Shown in pieces: positions 1 to 8,900 of a stretch of 64,000 bases of DNA (positions within the stretch are counted from its first letter, which is position 1; each line of letters begins with the position of its first letter). The stretch comes from an uncultured Alphaproteobacteria bacterium (GTDB lineage: Bacteria > Pseudomonadota > Alphaproteobacteria > HIMB59 > GCA-002718135). A program made the position numbers and the translations under genes. Under the pieces are notes generated by a model. That model was not told the origin of the DNA. It did not search any database and saw only the letters and a list, made by a program, of their open reading frames with translations. The stretch covers positions 41,143 to 105,142 of the forward strand of contig CACHLW010000001.1 in the NCBI GenBank assembly GCA_902580765.1, written 5' to 3'.

Positions 1-144
1 AATTATATGAGAAATCAAGGTATTTTATTGAGCACTGATGGACCTTATGACAATGTTATTAAAATAAAACCACCTCTTGTATTTACAAAATTAAATGTTG
101 ATCAGGTATGTAAAAACTTAGAAACTTTCTTTAAAAAATTATAA
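1..144 (+). CDS. Class-III (omega-type) PLP aminotransferase, C-terminal fragment; the 5' end lies outside the window
   Basis: Frame +1 is open from base 1 to TAA at 142-144. It is absent from the ORF track because there is no start in the window. The translation ...GILLSTDGPYDNVIKIKPPLVFTKLNVDQ... resembles the conserved C-terminal end of AGXT2-like/class-III aminotransferases. Confidence 0.6.
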   Translation, partial: NYMRNQGILLSTDGPYDNVIKIKPPLVFTKLNVDQVCKNLETFFKKL

Positions 145-730
145 AATATATTCCATAACTAATCATTAGCAGACCAATAGTTAGATCAATCCAAAACCAA
201 GTTTTATTTGAATAAATATATTTTGATAAAAACTTTGACATATATCCCAAAGAAAAGAAAAACAAAAAACTAGCTGAAATTGCTCCAACGCCAAATGAAA
301 ATTGATCATTAAAATTTGTTGATAATGATCCCAGTAAAATAATTGTATCTAGATAAACATGAGGATTTGCGTATGTAATAAGGAATAAGGTAATTAATAT
401 TTTTCCGTATTCGTTAATTATATTTAATTCTTTATTTATATCTTTAATTTGATTTAATTTTATAACTTTATTTAATCCATAAAATATAAGCCAAATTCCA
501 CCTAATACTTTTATCGTTCCTATGATACTTGGATTAATTTGAACAATATAATTAGATAGATATATTCCAATTACAATTAGTAAACTGTCAGATAGACTGC
601 AAAATAAAGTAACTGTAAAAACATAGGATTTTTTAAGCCCTTGTTGAATTACAAATAAATTTTGCGGTCCTATGGCTATAATTAATGTTCCTCCAATTAT
701 TAATCCTTGGATAAAATCATAAATATACAT
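131..730 (-). CDS. LysE/ArgO family amino-acid exporter
   Basis: 199 aa and multi-TM. The N-terminal ...IAIGPQNLFVIQQGL... is the LysE-family GPQN-type signature. The size is typical of the family. Confidence 0.8.
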   Translation of the reverse strand: MYIYDFIQGLIIGGTLIIAIGPQNLFVIQQGLKKSYVFTVTLFCSLSDSLLIVIGIYLSNYIVQINPSIIGTIKVLGGIWLIFYGLNKVIKLNQIKDINKELNIINEYGKILITLFLITYANPHVYLDTIILLGSLSTNFNDQFSFGVGAISASFLFFFSLGYMSKFLSKYIYSNKTWFWIDLTIGLLMISYGIYFIIF

Positions 731-765
731 ATTGCCTTAAATTATAATTACACTATTTTAAAATC

Positions 766-1224
766 ATGCACAAAATTATATTGTTTAGTTTGTTTATTTT
801 ATTATCAAAAAGTGTTTATGGAGAAATGATAAAACCAGACCCTTCAATTGGTCCTAAAGAAGTTATTTTAATTCAATTAAAAGCACTACAAAAAAATAAT
901 TCACCTTTTGACGATGCTGGTATTGAACAAACTTGGGAATTTGCACATCCAAATAATAGAATGTACACAGGTCCTCTAGACAATTTTATTAGGATGATTA
1001 AAAATCCATCCTACTCAATGATGATTGATCACTTAGAACACAATATAATTCCAGTTCAGGAACAAGAAAAAAGTTCATATTACTTTGTAGAGCTTACTGA
1101 TAGTAATGGAAAAAAATTTGGTTTCGAATGGACAGTAGAAAAAGTAGAGCAAAACGGTGAGTTTAAAGATTGTTGGATGACCGTAGGTGTTTCTAGACCA
1201 ATGCCTTTATCGCAAGCATCATAG
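766..1224 (+). CDS. Secreted DUF4864-like protein (function unknown)
   Basis: 152 aa with an N-terminal signal-like segment (MHKIILFSLFILLSKSVYG). The pattern ...VILIQLKALQKNN...AFEFAHPNN... resembles DUF4864 proteins. The family assignment is from memory only. Confidence 0.45.
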   Translation: MHKIILFSLFILLSKSVYGEMIKPDPSIGPKEVILIQLKALQKNNSPFDDAGIEQTWEFAHPNNRMYTGPLDNFIRMIKNPSYSMMIDHLEHNIIPVQEQEKSSYYFVELTDSNGKKFGFEWTVEKVEQNGEFKDCWMTVGVSRPMPLSQAS

Positions 1225-1880
1225 TGTGCGGAAGATTTACAAGTACTGAAGATAAAGAAAAAATTATAAAACTTTTTCCTAACTCTGAAGTTTTAAATTA
1301 CTCACATAAGTCTTACAATATATCACCGTCTAATATTGTTAATATTATTTATGAAAAGAATCATAAACTTTTAATAGATACTTTTATTTGGAGTTATAGT
1401 TTTTTTAGTAAACAAAATAATGTTACTCAATTTGTTATTAATGCAAGAATTGAAACGATTAATGATAAATATTTATTCAAAGAATCATTTACTAAAAGAA
1501 AATGTCTTATTATTGCAAATGGATACTATGAATGGAAAAATATAAATAATCAAAAACAACCATATTTAGTATCAATTCCTAGAAATGAATTATTGTTTTT
1601 TGGTGGAATTTGGAGGGAAGAAATAAGAGATAATAAAAAAATGAATGTTGTTTGTATCATTACTAAGGAAGCAAATGAAAACCTTTCCCATATACATAAT
1701 AGAATGCCTCTTATTATGTCTCATAATGAGGGTCTTGATTTTCTTAATGATAATGAAAATGAATTCCTACATAAAAACAAAAGTATTATCGAGGATGATT
1801 TAGACTTTTATCCAGTATCAAAAATTGTAAATAATCCAAAAAATAATGATGAAAATTGCCTTAAGGAAATATCTTTATAA
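1224..1880 (+). CDS. SOS response-associated peptidase (SRAP/YedK family, abasic-site processing protein)
   Basis: The N-terminus MCGRF carries the catalytic Cys2. ...NARIET... and ...HNRMPLIM... are SRAP hallmarks. The GTG start overlaps the upstream TAG stop (taGTG). Confidence 0.9.
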   Translation: MCGRFTSTEDKEKIIKLFPNSEVLNYSHKSYNISPSNIVNIIYEKNHKLLIDTFIWSYSFFSKQNNVTQFVINARIETINDKYLFKESFTKRKCLIIANGYYEWKNINNQKQPYLVSIPRNELLFFGGIWREEIRDNKKMNVVCIITKEANENLSHIHNRMPLIMSHNEGLDFLNDNENEFLHKNKSIIEDDLDFYPVSKIVNNPKNNDENCLKEISL

Positions 1881-1937
1881 TATTTAAATTTTTTTATCGC
1901 TTTTATAATATTAATCAAATATATAATTTTTTTTTAA

Positions 1938-2876
1938 ATGAGCCATTTATTTTATAAACCTGCTAAATCTAGATTACACAGAAGTGAATTGGCAGTTCCT
2001 GGCTCTAATCCAAAGATGTTTGAAAAAGCATTAAAATCAAATGCCGATTATATTTTCTTAGACCTAGAAGATGCAGTATCTCCAAATGATAAAATTGATG
2101 CAAGAAGAAATGTTATTAATGCAATAAAAGAATATAACTGGAAAGAAGAAGGTAAAACAATCTCTATAAGAATTAACGGTTTGGATACACACTATATGTA
2201 TCGTGATGTGATTGAAATTATAGAAGAGGTAGGTGATAGGGTTGATACATTATTAATTCCAAAAGTAGGCTCATCATCCGATGTATATATGGTTGATTGT
2301 ATGCTTAATCAAATTGAGCAAAATAAAAAATTTGAAAATAGAATAGGTTTAGAATGTTTAATTGAAACAGCACTAGGAATGTCTAATATTCAATCAATTG
2401 CAACATCAAGTTCAAGACTAGAAGCATTACATTTTGGAGTTGCAGATTATGCCGCAAGTATGCGAGCAAGAACTGTTGTCATAGGAGGTTTAAATCCTGA
2501 TTACCCTGGTGATCAATGGCATCATGGCTTATCAACTCTAGTAATGACCTGTAGATCATATGGCTTAAGAGCAATAGACGGACCTTTTGGTGATTTTAAT
2601 GACAAAAAAGGATATCTAGATGCTGCAAAAAGAGCTGCAGCAATTGGTTTTGAGGGTAAATGGGCAATACATCCATCGCAAATAGATTTAGCTAATGAAG
2701 TTTTTTCTCCACCCAAAGAAGAAATAGATAAAGCAAAAAAAATATTATTAGAATTAGAAAAAGCAGCTGCTGAAGGAAAGGGTGCTGCTCAGCTTGATGG
2801 AAGAATGATCGACGCCGCATCTGCTAGAATGGCTGAAAATATTGTAAATATAAATAAATTAATTGAGAGCAAGTAA
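1938..2876 (+). CDS. mcl: L-malyl-CoA/beta-methylmalyl-CoA lyase (HpcH/HpaI aldolase-CitE family)
   Basis: 312 aa. Long blocks match methylotroph Mcl as I recall it: RLHRSELAVPGSNP, FLDLEDAV, IRINGLDTHYMYRDV, LIETALGM, FGVADYAAS, FEGKWAIHPSQIDLANEVF. It lies directly upstream of mtkAB-like genes. Confidence 0.85.
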   Translation: MSHLFYKPAKSRLHRSELAVPGSNPKMFEKALKSNADYIFLDLEDAVSPNDKIDARRNVINAIKEYNWKEEGKTISIRINGLDTHYMYRDVIEIIEEVGDRVDTLLIPKVGSSSDVYMVDCMLNQIEQNKKFENRIGLECLIETALGMSNIQSIATSSSRLEALHFGVADYAASMRARTVVIGGLNPDYPGDQWHHGLSTLVMTCRSYGLRAIDGPFGDFNDKKGYLDAAKRAAAIGFEGKWAIHPSQIDLANEVFSPPKEEIDKAKKILLELEKAAAEGKGAAQLDGRMIDAASARMAENIVNINKLIESK

Positions 2877-4036
2877 TGGATATACACGAATATCAAGCAA
2901 AAAAAATATTGTCTGATTTTGGTGTTAAAATTCCGACTGGTGGTATTGTTTATAGTCCAGAAAATGCAGAAAACAAAGCAAGAGAAATTGGTGGTTCAAA
3001 ATGGGTTGTAAAAGCGCAAGTTCACTCAGGTGCTAGAGGTAAAGCGGGAGGAATTATAATATGTAATTCTCCGTTAGAAGTTGCTGATGCTACTGATAAA
3101 TTGTTAGGTAAAAAATTAATTACAAATCAAACTGGTCCAGAAGGTAAGATAATAAATAGAATTTATATTGAAGAAGCAACTGATATCAAACACGAATTAT
3201 ATTTAGGTTTAGTGTTTGATAGATCTTCAGAAAGTATAATGGTTGTAGCTTCAACAGAAGGTGGAATGAGTGTTGAAGAAATTTCAAAAGAAAAACCTGA
3301 AACAATTATACGATCAAAAATAGAAGTAGCAGTTGGTATTCAACAATTTCAAGCAAGAGAAATAGCTTTTGGTCTAGGAATTGAATCCAAATTGATCTCA
3401 AGAGCTGCAAATACAATTATAGGTTGTTATAAAGCTTTTAGTGAGCTTGATGCGACAATGGTTGAAGTTAACCCATTAGTTGTATCACACCAAGATGAAA
3501 TATTAGCATTAGATTGTAAAATGAGCTTTGATAATAATGCAATGTTTAGAAGAGATGAAATTGCAGAACTTAGAGATAAGACACAAGAAAATTCAAATGA
3601 AGTTTATGCTTCTGATAGAGGAATGAATTATGTAAGCTTAGATGGGAATATTGGTAATATTATTAATGGTGCAGGCTTAGCAATGGCTTCAATGGATATG
3701 ATAAAACTTGCTGGTGGCGAACCTGCTAATTTTTTAGATGTTGGTGGAGGTGCAACACCTGAAAAAATAGTTAAAGCTTTTAAATTAATCTCTATGGACA
3801 CAAAAGTTAAGGTTATATTAGTTAATATCTTTGCAGGTATTAATAGATGCGATTGGGTTGCAGAAGGAATTGTTCAAGCTTTATCAAAAATTGAAATTAA
3901 ACATCCGTTAGTTATACGTTTAGCTGGAACTAATGTCGAAAAGGGAAATGAAATTCTTAAAAAAAGCAATATTAATTACATTGAAGCATCAACTTTAGAA
4001 GATGCAGCAAATAAAGCAGTAAAGGCTCTTGGATAA
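2876..4036 (+). CDS. mtkA: Malate--CoA ligase (malate thiokinase) beta subunit, SucC-like ATP-grasp
   Basis: 386 aa. MDIHEYQAK..., the VHSGARGKAGG loop (MtkA-like GARGKAGG versus SucC GGRGKAGG), and GEPANFLDVGGGAT. The start overlaps the mcl stop (TAATG). Context with mcl favours mtkA over sucC. Confidence 0.75.
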   Translation: MDIHEYQAKKILSDFGVKIPTGGIVYSPENAENKAREIGGSKWVVKAQVHSGARGKAGGIIICNSPLEVADATDKLLGKKLITNQTGPEGKIINRIYIEEATDIKHELYLGLVFDRSSESIMVVASTEGGMSVEEISKEKPETIIRSKIEVAVGIQQFQAREIAFGLGIESKLISRAANTIIGCYKAFSELDATMVEVNPLVVSHQDEILALDCKMSFDNNAMFRRDEIAELRDKTQENSNEVYASDRGMNYVSLDGNIGNIINGAGLAMASMDMIKLAGGEPANFLDVGGGATPEKIVKAFKLISMDTKVKVILVNIFAGINRCDWVAEGIVQALSKIEIKHPLVIRLAGTNVEKGNEILKKSNINYIEASTLEDAANKAVKALG

Positions 4037-4038
4037 TC

Positions 4039-4935
4039 ATGTCTATAATCATTCACAAAAATACAAAGATTTTAGTCCAAGGTTTCACTGGAAAAATTGG
4101 AAGTTTTCATGCTGAAGAAATGATTAAGTATGGTTCTAACGTTGTTGGTGGAGTAACACCTGGTAAGGGTGGTATGACTCATTTAAATCTTCCTGTTTTT
4201 AATACTGTTAAAGAAGCTGTAGATCAAACAGGAGCATCAACATCAATTTTATTTGTCCCACCAGCCTTTGCAGCAGACTCAGCAATGGAAGCTGCTGATG
4301 CAGGTATTAAAACATGTGTGGCTATTACGGACGGTATTCCTTCTCATGATATGGTTAAAATAAAAAGATATATGAGGAGATATCCAAAAGATAAAAAAAT
4401 GGGATTAGTAGGTCCGAATTGTGCAGGAATAATTAGCCCTGGTAAATCTATGTTAGGTATTATGCCTGGTCATATTTACAAAGAAGGCAAAATAGGAATA
4501 GTTAGCAGATCTGGCACTTTGGGATATGAAGCTGCACAACAACTTAAAGATTTGGAAATTGGTGTTTCAACAAGTGTAGGTATAGGAGGCGATCCAATAA
4601 ATGGAAGTTCTTTTAGAGATATAATTGAAAAGTTTGAAAATGATGATGAAACTATTGCAGTTTTAATGATAGGTGAAATAGGTGGACCACAAGAAGTTGA
4701 AGCTGGACAATTTGCTAAAGAAAATATGAGTAAACCAGTAATTGCGTATATAGCAGGACTAACTGCACCCAAAGGTCGTGTGATGGGGCATGCTGGAGCA
4801 ATTGTTTCTGCTTATGGTGAAAGTGCAATAGAAAAAGTAGAGCTTCTTAAAGAGTGTGGAGTTACAATTTCCAAAAATCCTTCTGTAATGGGTGAGACTG
4901 TGAAAAAAGTATTAGTAGAAAATAATTTGAATTAA
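4039..4935 (+). CDS. mtkB: Malate--CoA ligase alpha subunit, SucD-like
   Basis: 298 aa. VQGFTGKIGSFH, GGVTPGKGG, the RYMRRYPKDKK insertion typical of MtkB as I recall it, SRSGTLGYEA, and GHAGAI with the phosphohistidine. It starts 2 nt after mtkA. Confidence 0.75.
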   Translation: MSIIIHKNTKILVQGFTGKIGSFHAEEMIKYGSNVVGGVTPGKGGMTHLNLPVFNTVKEAVDQTGASTSILFVPPAFAADSAMEAADAGIKTCVAITDGIPSHDMVKIKRYMRRYPKDKKMGLVGPNCAGIISPGKSMLGIMPGHIYKEGKIGIVSRSGTLGYEAAQQLKDLEIGVSTSVGIGGDPINGSSFRDIIEKFENDDETIAVLMIGEIGGPQEVEAGQFAKENMSKPVIAYIAGLTAPKGRVMGHAGAIVSAYGESAIEKVELLKECGVTISKNPSVMGETVKKVLVENNLN

Positions 4936-4950
4936 TATAATTAAAAAATA

Positions 4951-5088
4951 ATGAAATTTTTATATAAAAATGAATTCTGGATGTTAATATTTTCTCTAGG
5001 TGTTCTTTATTGGCTATTTAATCCGTCAGTCTTAACAACCTTAGTTATGATTGTGCCGCTACTATTAGCCGTTTCTTCTCGTAAATAA
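4951..5088 (+). CDS. Possible 45-aa two-TM small membrane protein (below the ORF-track size cut-off)
   Basis: ATG 4951 to TAA 5086-5088. MKFLYKNEFWMLIFSLGVLYWLFNPSVLTTLVMIVPLLLAVSSRK has two hydrophobic stretches and a basic C-terminus. It fills an otherwise unusually long 208-nt gap. Confidence 0.3.
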   Translation: MKFLYKNEFWMLIFSLGVLYWLFNPSVLTTLVMIVPLLLAVSSRK

Positions 5089-5143
5089 AATTAAGTTTTA
5101 TTCTTACCTATGTATGAACGTTTATCGTATTTATAGTTAAAAA

Positions 5144-5707
5144 ATGAAATTATATCTTATTAGACACGCAGAGTCAGAAGCTAATGCAGCATCAGATTTA
5201 GATAATCCAACTTATTATTATGATGCAAGAATTACTAAAAGAGGAGTTGAGCAAGCAATAAAATTAAATAATAGAATTAAAAATCTTAAATTTGATAATT
5301 ATTTTTGCTCCCCCTTAACAAGAACATTAGAAACATTCTCTATTGTTTTTCCATCTAATAAACCTGTAATTGAACCATTAATAAGAGAACATTTGTACCA
5401 CTCATGTGATGTAGGAAGACAACCAAAAAAATTAAAAAAAGAATTTAATAATTTTGATTTTAAAAATTTAAATGATTTTTGGTGGAATAATAACAAACCT
5501 ATTAATGAAAAAAAAATTATACAAGAGTCCCACAATGATATTAAAATTAGATTAAGATCTTTTCTACTATCTATCAAAAACCTTAATTTACAAAAAATTG
5601 TATTAGTCAGTCATGGTACATTCTTAAGTCAAATAACTGAATATATGCTAGATAACTGTGAGGTATATGATTGTGAGTACAATGAGATATACGAAAAATT
5701 TTTTTAA
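5144..5707 (+). CDS. Histidine phosphatase (phosphoglycerate mutase-like) family protein
   Basis: The N-terminal LYLIRHAESEAN contains the RHG-type catalytic motif. A distal SHG motif (LVSHGTF) is present. 187 aa. Confidence 0.8.
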   Translation: MKLYLIRHAESEANAASDLDNPTYYYDARITKRGVEQAIKLNNRIKNLKFDNYFCSPLTRTLETFSIVFPSNKPVIEPLIREHLYHSCDVGRQPKKLKKEFNNFDFKNLNDFWWNNNKPINEKKIIQESHNDIKIRLRSFLLSIKNLNLQKIVLVSHGTFLSQITEYMLDNCEVYDCEYNEIYEKFF

Positions 5708-5730
5708 TTTAATTCTTGATAAATAAAAAT

Positions 5731-6498
5731 CTAAAACATCTCATTTATTATTTTATTTAATTTTTGAGTTACTCTATCAATTATTTTTTTTCCTATCTGT
5801 GCATTGGATTTTCTAGGATCTCCAATAATTCCACTTTTACTTAATTCTTTAGTTACCCAAGCTTTTTTAATATTTTTCTCATAAGAAATGGTTTTAGATG
5901 ATAAATAATCGGAGGATAATCTATGTTTAGAAATTTTAGATTGCCTAACTAGGTTTGGAAATAAATATAACATAATAGATGTTTCAAATTCTCCACCGTG
6001 ATAACCAAAGTCTTTTTCTTTACTTGATATAATTCCTTTAAATTGATCAAATAAAAAATATGTGCCTTTTACTATGTTTATCTTAAATTCTGATTTCAAT
6101 TCTTTAGCAATAATATCTATATGGCTAATTTGTCCACCATGACTATTTAAAAGTAATATATTTTTAAATTTCAATTTACATACATTTTCTAATATTGACA
6201 AAGAGTGCGATATAAATTCCAATGAATCAATACTTATTGTTCCATCAAAATCTGTATGTTCAGAAGCTGAACCAAAATATATTTCAGGCATAATTAAATA
6301 TTTATTTGAATTATATTTTTTATTGAATTCTAATAATATTCCTTCAAGAATTTTTTTATCAGTATTTAATGGAAGATGTGGACCGTGTTGCTCTATTGAT
6401 GAAAATGGGAAAATTAAAACTGTTTTTCTATTTATTTTTTTAATTTCATTTGTTGTTAATTCTTCCCAAAAGTTTGTTAGCATTTTTTTATTATACAT
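5731..6498 (-). CDS. Creatininase-fold amidohydrolase family protein
   Basis: 255 aa. The metal and active-site blocks look intact: SSIEQHGPHLPLNTD, LNSHGGQ, HGGEFETS. Confidence 0.8.
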   Translation of the reverse strand: MYNKKMLTNFWEELTTNEIKKINRKTVLIFPFSSIEQHGPHLPLNTDKKILEGILLEFNKKYNSNKYLIMPEIYFGSASEHTDFDGTISIDSLEFISHSLSILENVCKLKFKNILLLNSHGGQISHIDIIAKELKSEFKINIVKGTYFLFDQFKGIISSKEKDFGYHGGEFETSIMLYLFPNLVRQSKISKHRLSSDYLSSKTISYEKNIKKAWVTKELSKSGIIGDPRKSNAQIGKKIIDRVTQKLNKIINEMF

Positions 6499-6511
6499 TT
6501 ATAAGTAAATT

Positions 6512-7471
6512 ATGAAATCTTATTCTTTATGGATTGATAAAAAAAAACAAGCTAAAATTTATCAAAAAAAACTTGTTTACAATAAAAATAACAAAACAGT
6601 TTTAGTTAAAACTATTTACTCAGGTATTAGCAAGGGAACTGAAAAATTAATTTCATCTAAAAGCGTAAGTGAGGATCAATTTGAATTAATGAAAGCCCCT
6701 TTTCAAGAGGGTTCTTTTAATTTACCTATAAAATATGGCTATATAAATGTTGGGAATATTATCGATGGTCCAAGGGAATATATAAATAAAAAAATATTTA
6801 GTCTTTATCCTCATCAGGATTTATATGAAATTTCTATTCAAAATTTAATTTTTTTACCTAAAGGAAATTTGAGAAAATTTGTTCTAACTGCAAATATGGA
6901 AACAGCTATTAATATCTTTTGGGACGCTCAATCTAAAAGTAATAACAAAATTCTAATTGTAGGGCTTGGCTCTGTAGGATTATTAACTGCATTTTTTTTT
7001 AAAATTAATGGATATAAAAATGTTTATGTTTATGATAATAATAAAAATAAAAGAAAAATTGCCAATTATTTAGGATTAAATTTTATTGATATAAGAAAGA
7101 TTGAGAAAATTGATGTAGCAATAAATACTACAGCTAATTATAAAGTTTTAAATTCTCTAATGGAAAAATTATCTATCGAAGGAAAAATAGTAGAAGCTAG
7201 TTGGTATGGTAAAAATAAAGGAGAAGTTGCCTTAGGCGGGTATTTTCATTCTAAAAGATTAAAAATTATTAGTTCACAGGTATCTAAAATACCAAAATAC
7301 ATGAAAAATAAATATGATTTTGAGGGGAGATTAAAATTAGCAATTAAATCTTTAAAAAATTCAAAATTAGAAAAATTAATTACTAGTGAAAGTAATTTTT
7401 TTGATTTAGAAAAAGATTACTATAAAATCCTTAAAAATAAAGATACAATAATGCATCTAATTAAATATTAA
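6512..7471 (+). CDS. MDR-superfamily (BchC-like) zinc-type alcohol dehydrogenase family protein
   Basis: 319 aa. It has the SGISKGTE motif found in the BchC-like MDR subgroup in place of GxCxxD, and a Rossmann motif ILIVGLGSVGLL. Confidence 0.7.
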   Translation: MKSYSLWIDKKKQAKIYQKKLVYNKNNKTVLVKTIYSGISKGTEKLISSKSVSEDQFELMKAPFQEGSFNLPIKYGYINVGNIIDGPREYINKKIFSLYPHQDLYEISIQNLIFLPKGNLRKFVLTANMETAINIFWDAQSKSNNKILIVGLGSVGLLTAFFFKINGYKNVYVYDNNKNKRKIANYLGLNFIDIRKIEKIDVAINTTANYKVLNSLMEKLSIEGKIVEASWYGKNKGEVALGGYFHSKRLKIISSQVSKIPKYMKNKYDFEGRLKLAIKSLKNSKLEKLITSESNFFDLEKDYYKILKNKDTIMHLIKY

Positions 7472-7473
7472 TT

Positions 7474-7872
7474 ATGTATTCTATAAAAGTAAGAGAAAAT
7501 ATTCTAATAGCTCATTCATTACCTGGAGAAGTATTTGGACCAGCCCAAAATATGCATGGAGCTACATATTTAGTAGATGCAGAATTTTTCACTGATAAAC
7601 TTAATAAATACAATATAATTATGGATTTAGGAATAGTGTCCACGACTTTAAAAGATATTCTTAAAATATATAATTATCAAAATTTAGATGAAATTGATGA
7701 ATTTAAGGGTAAAATTACCTCAACAGAGTTTTTAGCAGAGGATATCTGCAATAAGATCTTAAATAGACTAAGAAATGAATTCTCTCAAGATTATAAATCT
7801 TTAAAAAAAATTAAAATAACCTTGCAAGAATCAAATGTTGCATGGGCATCATATGAAAAAGAGGTTATCTAA
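7474..7872 (+). CDS. 6-pyruvoyl-tetrahydropterin synthase/QueD-fold (COG0720) protein, non-canonical active site
   Basis: 132 aa with the tunnel-fold pattern ...ILIAHSLPGEVFGPAQNMHGATYLVDAEF...MDLG...L.N.. The canonical C-x3-H-G-H reads A-x3-H-G-A here. Confidence 0.7.
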   Translation: MYSIKVRENILIAHSLPGEVFGPAQNMHGATYLVDAEFFTDKLNKYNIIMDLGIVSTTLKDILKIYNYQNLDEIDEFKGKITSTEFLAEDICNKILNRLRNEFSQDYKSLKKIKITLQESNVAWASYEKEVI

Positions 7873-8899
7873 AAATAAATCTGATATTTATTTTGTTTAT
7901 CCAGGAAACATTAATGCAAAAACTGGAGGATATATTTATGAAAAAAATATCCTAGAATATGCAAAGATAAGAGATATAAATATTAGACCAATTGCTCTAA
8001 GTGAAAATTATCCTTTTCCTACAAACAACGATATAAAATATTTTCTAAAAATTTTAGATAAAATTGATCCTGACTCTAAAATTATCATAGATGGATTAGT
8101 TTTAGAAGGAATGTATTCAATTTTTAAAAAATTACTTACTTATAATGTCATCGCGCTAATACATCATCCTTTATATCTTGAATTTAAAAGTCATAGGTCA
8201 AAAAAATTCTTACGATTAGAAAAAGAAAATTTCAAAAAAATAAATAAATTTATTGTGACCTCTAAAAATACAAAAAATTTATTAATAAATGATTTTAAGG
8301 TACTAAATAATAAAATTTCTGTAGTTGAACCTGGTATAGAAAGACTTGTAAAATATAATTTTAAAAATAATAGTAAAATTCATTTTTTAACATGTGGAAG
8401 TATAATAAATAGAAAAAATTATCTTTTTTTATTAAAAGTTTTAAAGCCTTTAGATAATTTTATTTTAGAAATTGTTGGTGATACTACAAGAGATATAAGT
8501 TATTACAAAAAACTCAAAAAATTTATTTCTAAAAATTCAATGAACAGAAAAATAATATTCCATGGTACTATTTCAGATACAAAATTAGCTAAATTATATT
8601 CTAAAACAGATTGTTACATTTCGGTAAGTAAATATGAAGGTTTTGGCATGTCTTTAGCAAATGCATTAATAATTAAAAAGCCAATTATAACCTTTTTCAC
8701 TAATACTATCTTAAATACAATTGGAAAAAAGGGTGTTATTTATTTCAAAAAATTTGAAGTAAATGATCTTAGAAATATAATTATTAAAAATATATTAAAT
8801 AAAAAAAATTTTAAAAAACTAAATATTGATATTCATAAAAATAAAAGATATCTTCTTACTCCTCTAGAGTCAGCTAAGAAATTTGTTAATTTAATTTAA
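7835..8899 (+). CDS. Glycosyltransferase (GT-B, group-1/GT4-like)
   Basis: The C-terminal half has ...VGDTT...LAKLYSKTDCYISVSKYEGFGMSLANALIIKKPII..., a GT4-like E-x7-E region whose second E is Asn here. A more likely start is ATG 7853 (MKKRLSK...), which still overlaps the upstream gene by 20 nt. Confidence 0.7.
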   Translation: MLHGHHMKKRLSKNKSDIYFVYPGNINAKTGGYIYEKNILEYAKIRDINIRPIALSENYPFPTNNDIKYFLKILDKIDPDSKIIIDGLVLEGMYSIFKKLLTYNVIALIHHPLYLEFKSHRSKKFLRLEKENFKKINKFIVTSKNTKNLLINDFKVLNNKISVVEPGIERLVKYNFKNNSKIHFLTCGSIINRKNYLFLLKVLKPLDNFILEIVGDTTRDISYYKKLKKFISKNSMNRKIIFHGTISDTKLAKLYSKTDCYISVSKYEGFGMSLANALIIKKPIITFFTNTILNTIGKKGVIYFKKFEVNDLRNIIIKNILNKKNFKKLNIDIHKNKRYLLTPLESAKKFVNLI

Positions 8900-8900
8900 T

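Noticed and set aside
2876-4935. Annotation of the SucC/SucD-like pair as housekeeping succinyl-CoA synthetase (sucCD).
   Set aside because: Tight coupling to a malyl-CoA lyase gene, the MtkA-like GARGKAGG loop and the MtkB-like RYPK insertion favour malate thiokinase. No sdh/sucAB genes are adjacent. This still needs phylogenetic confirmation.
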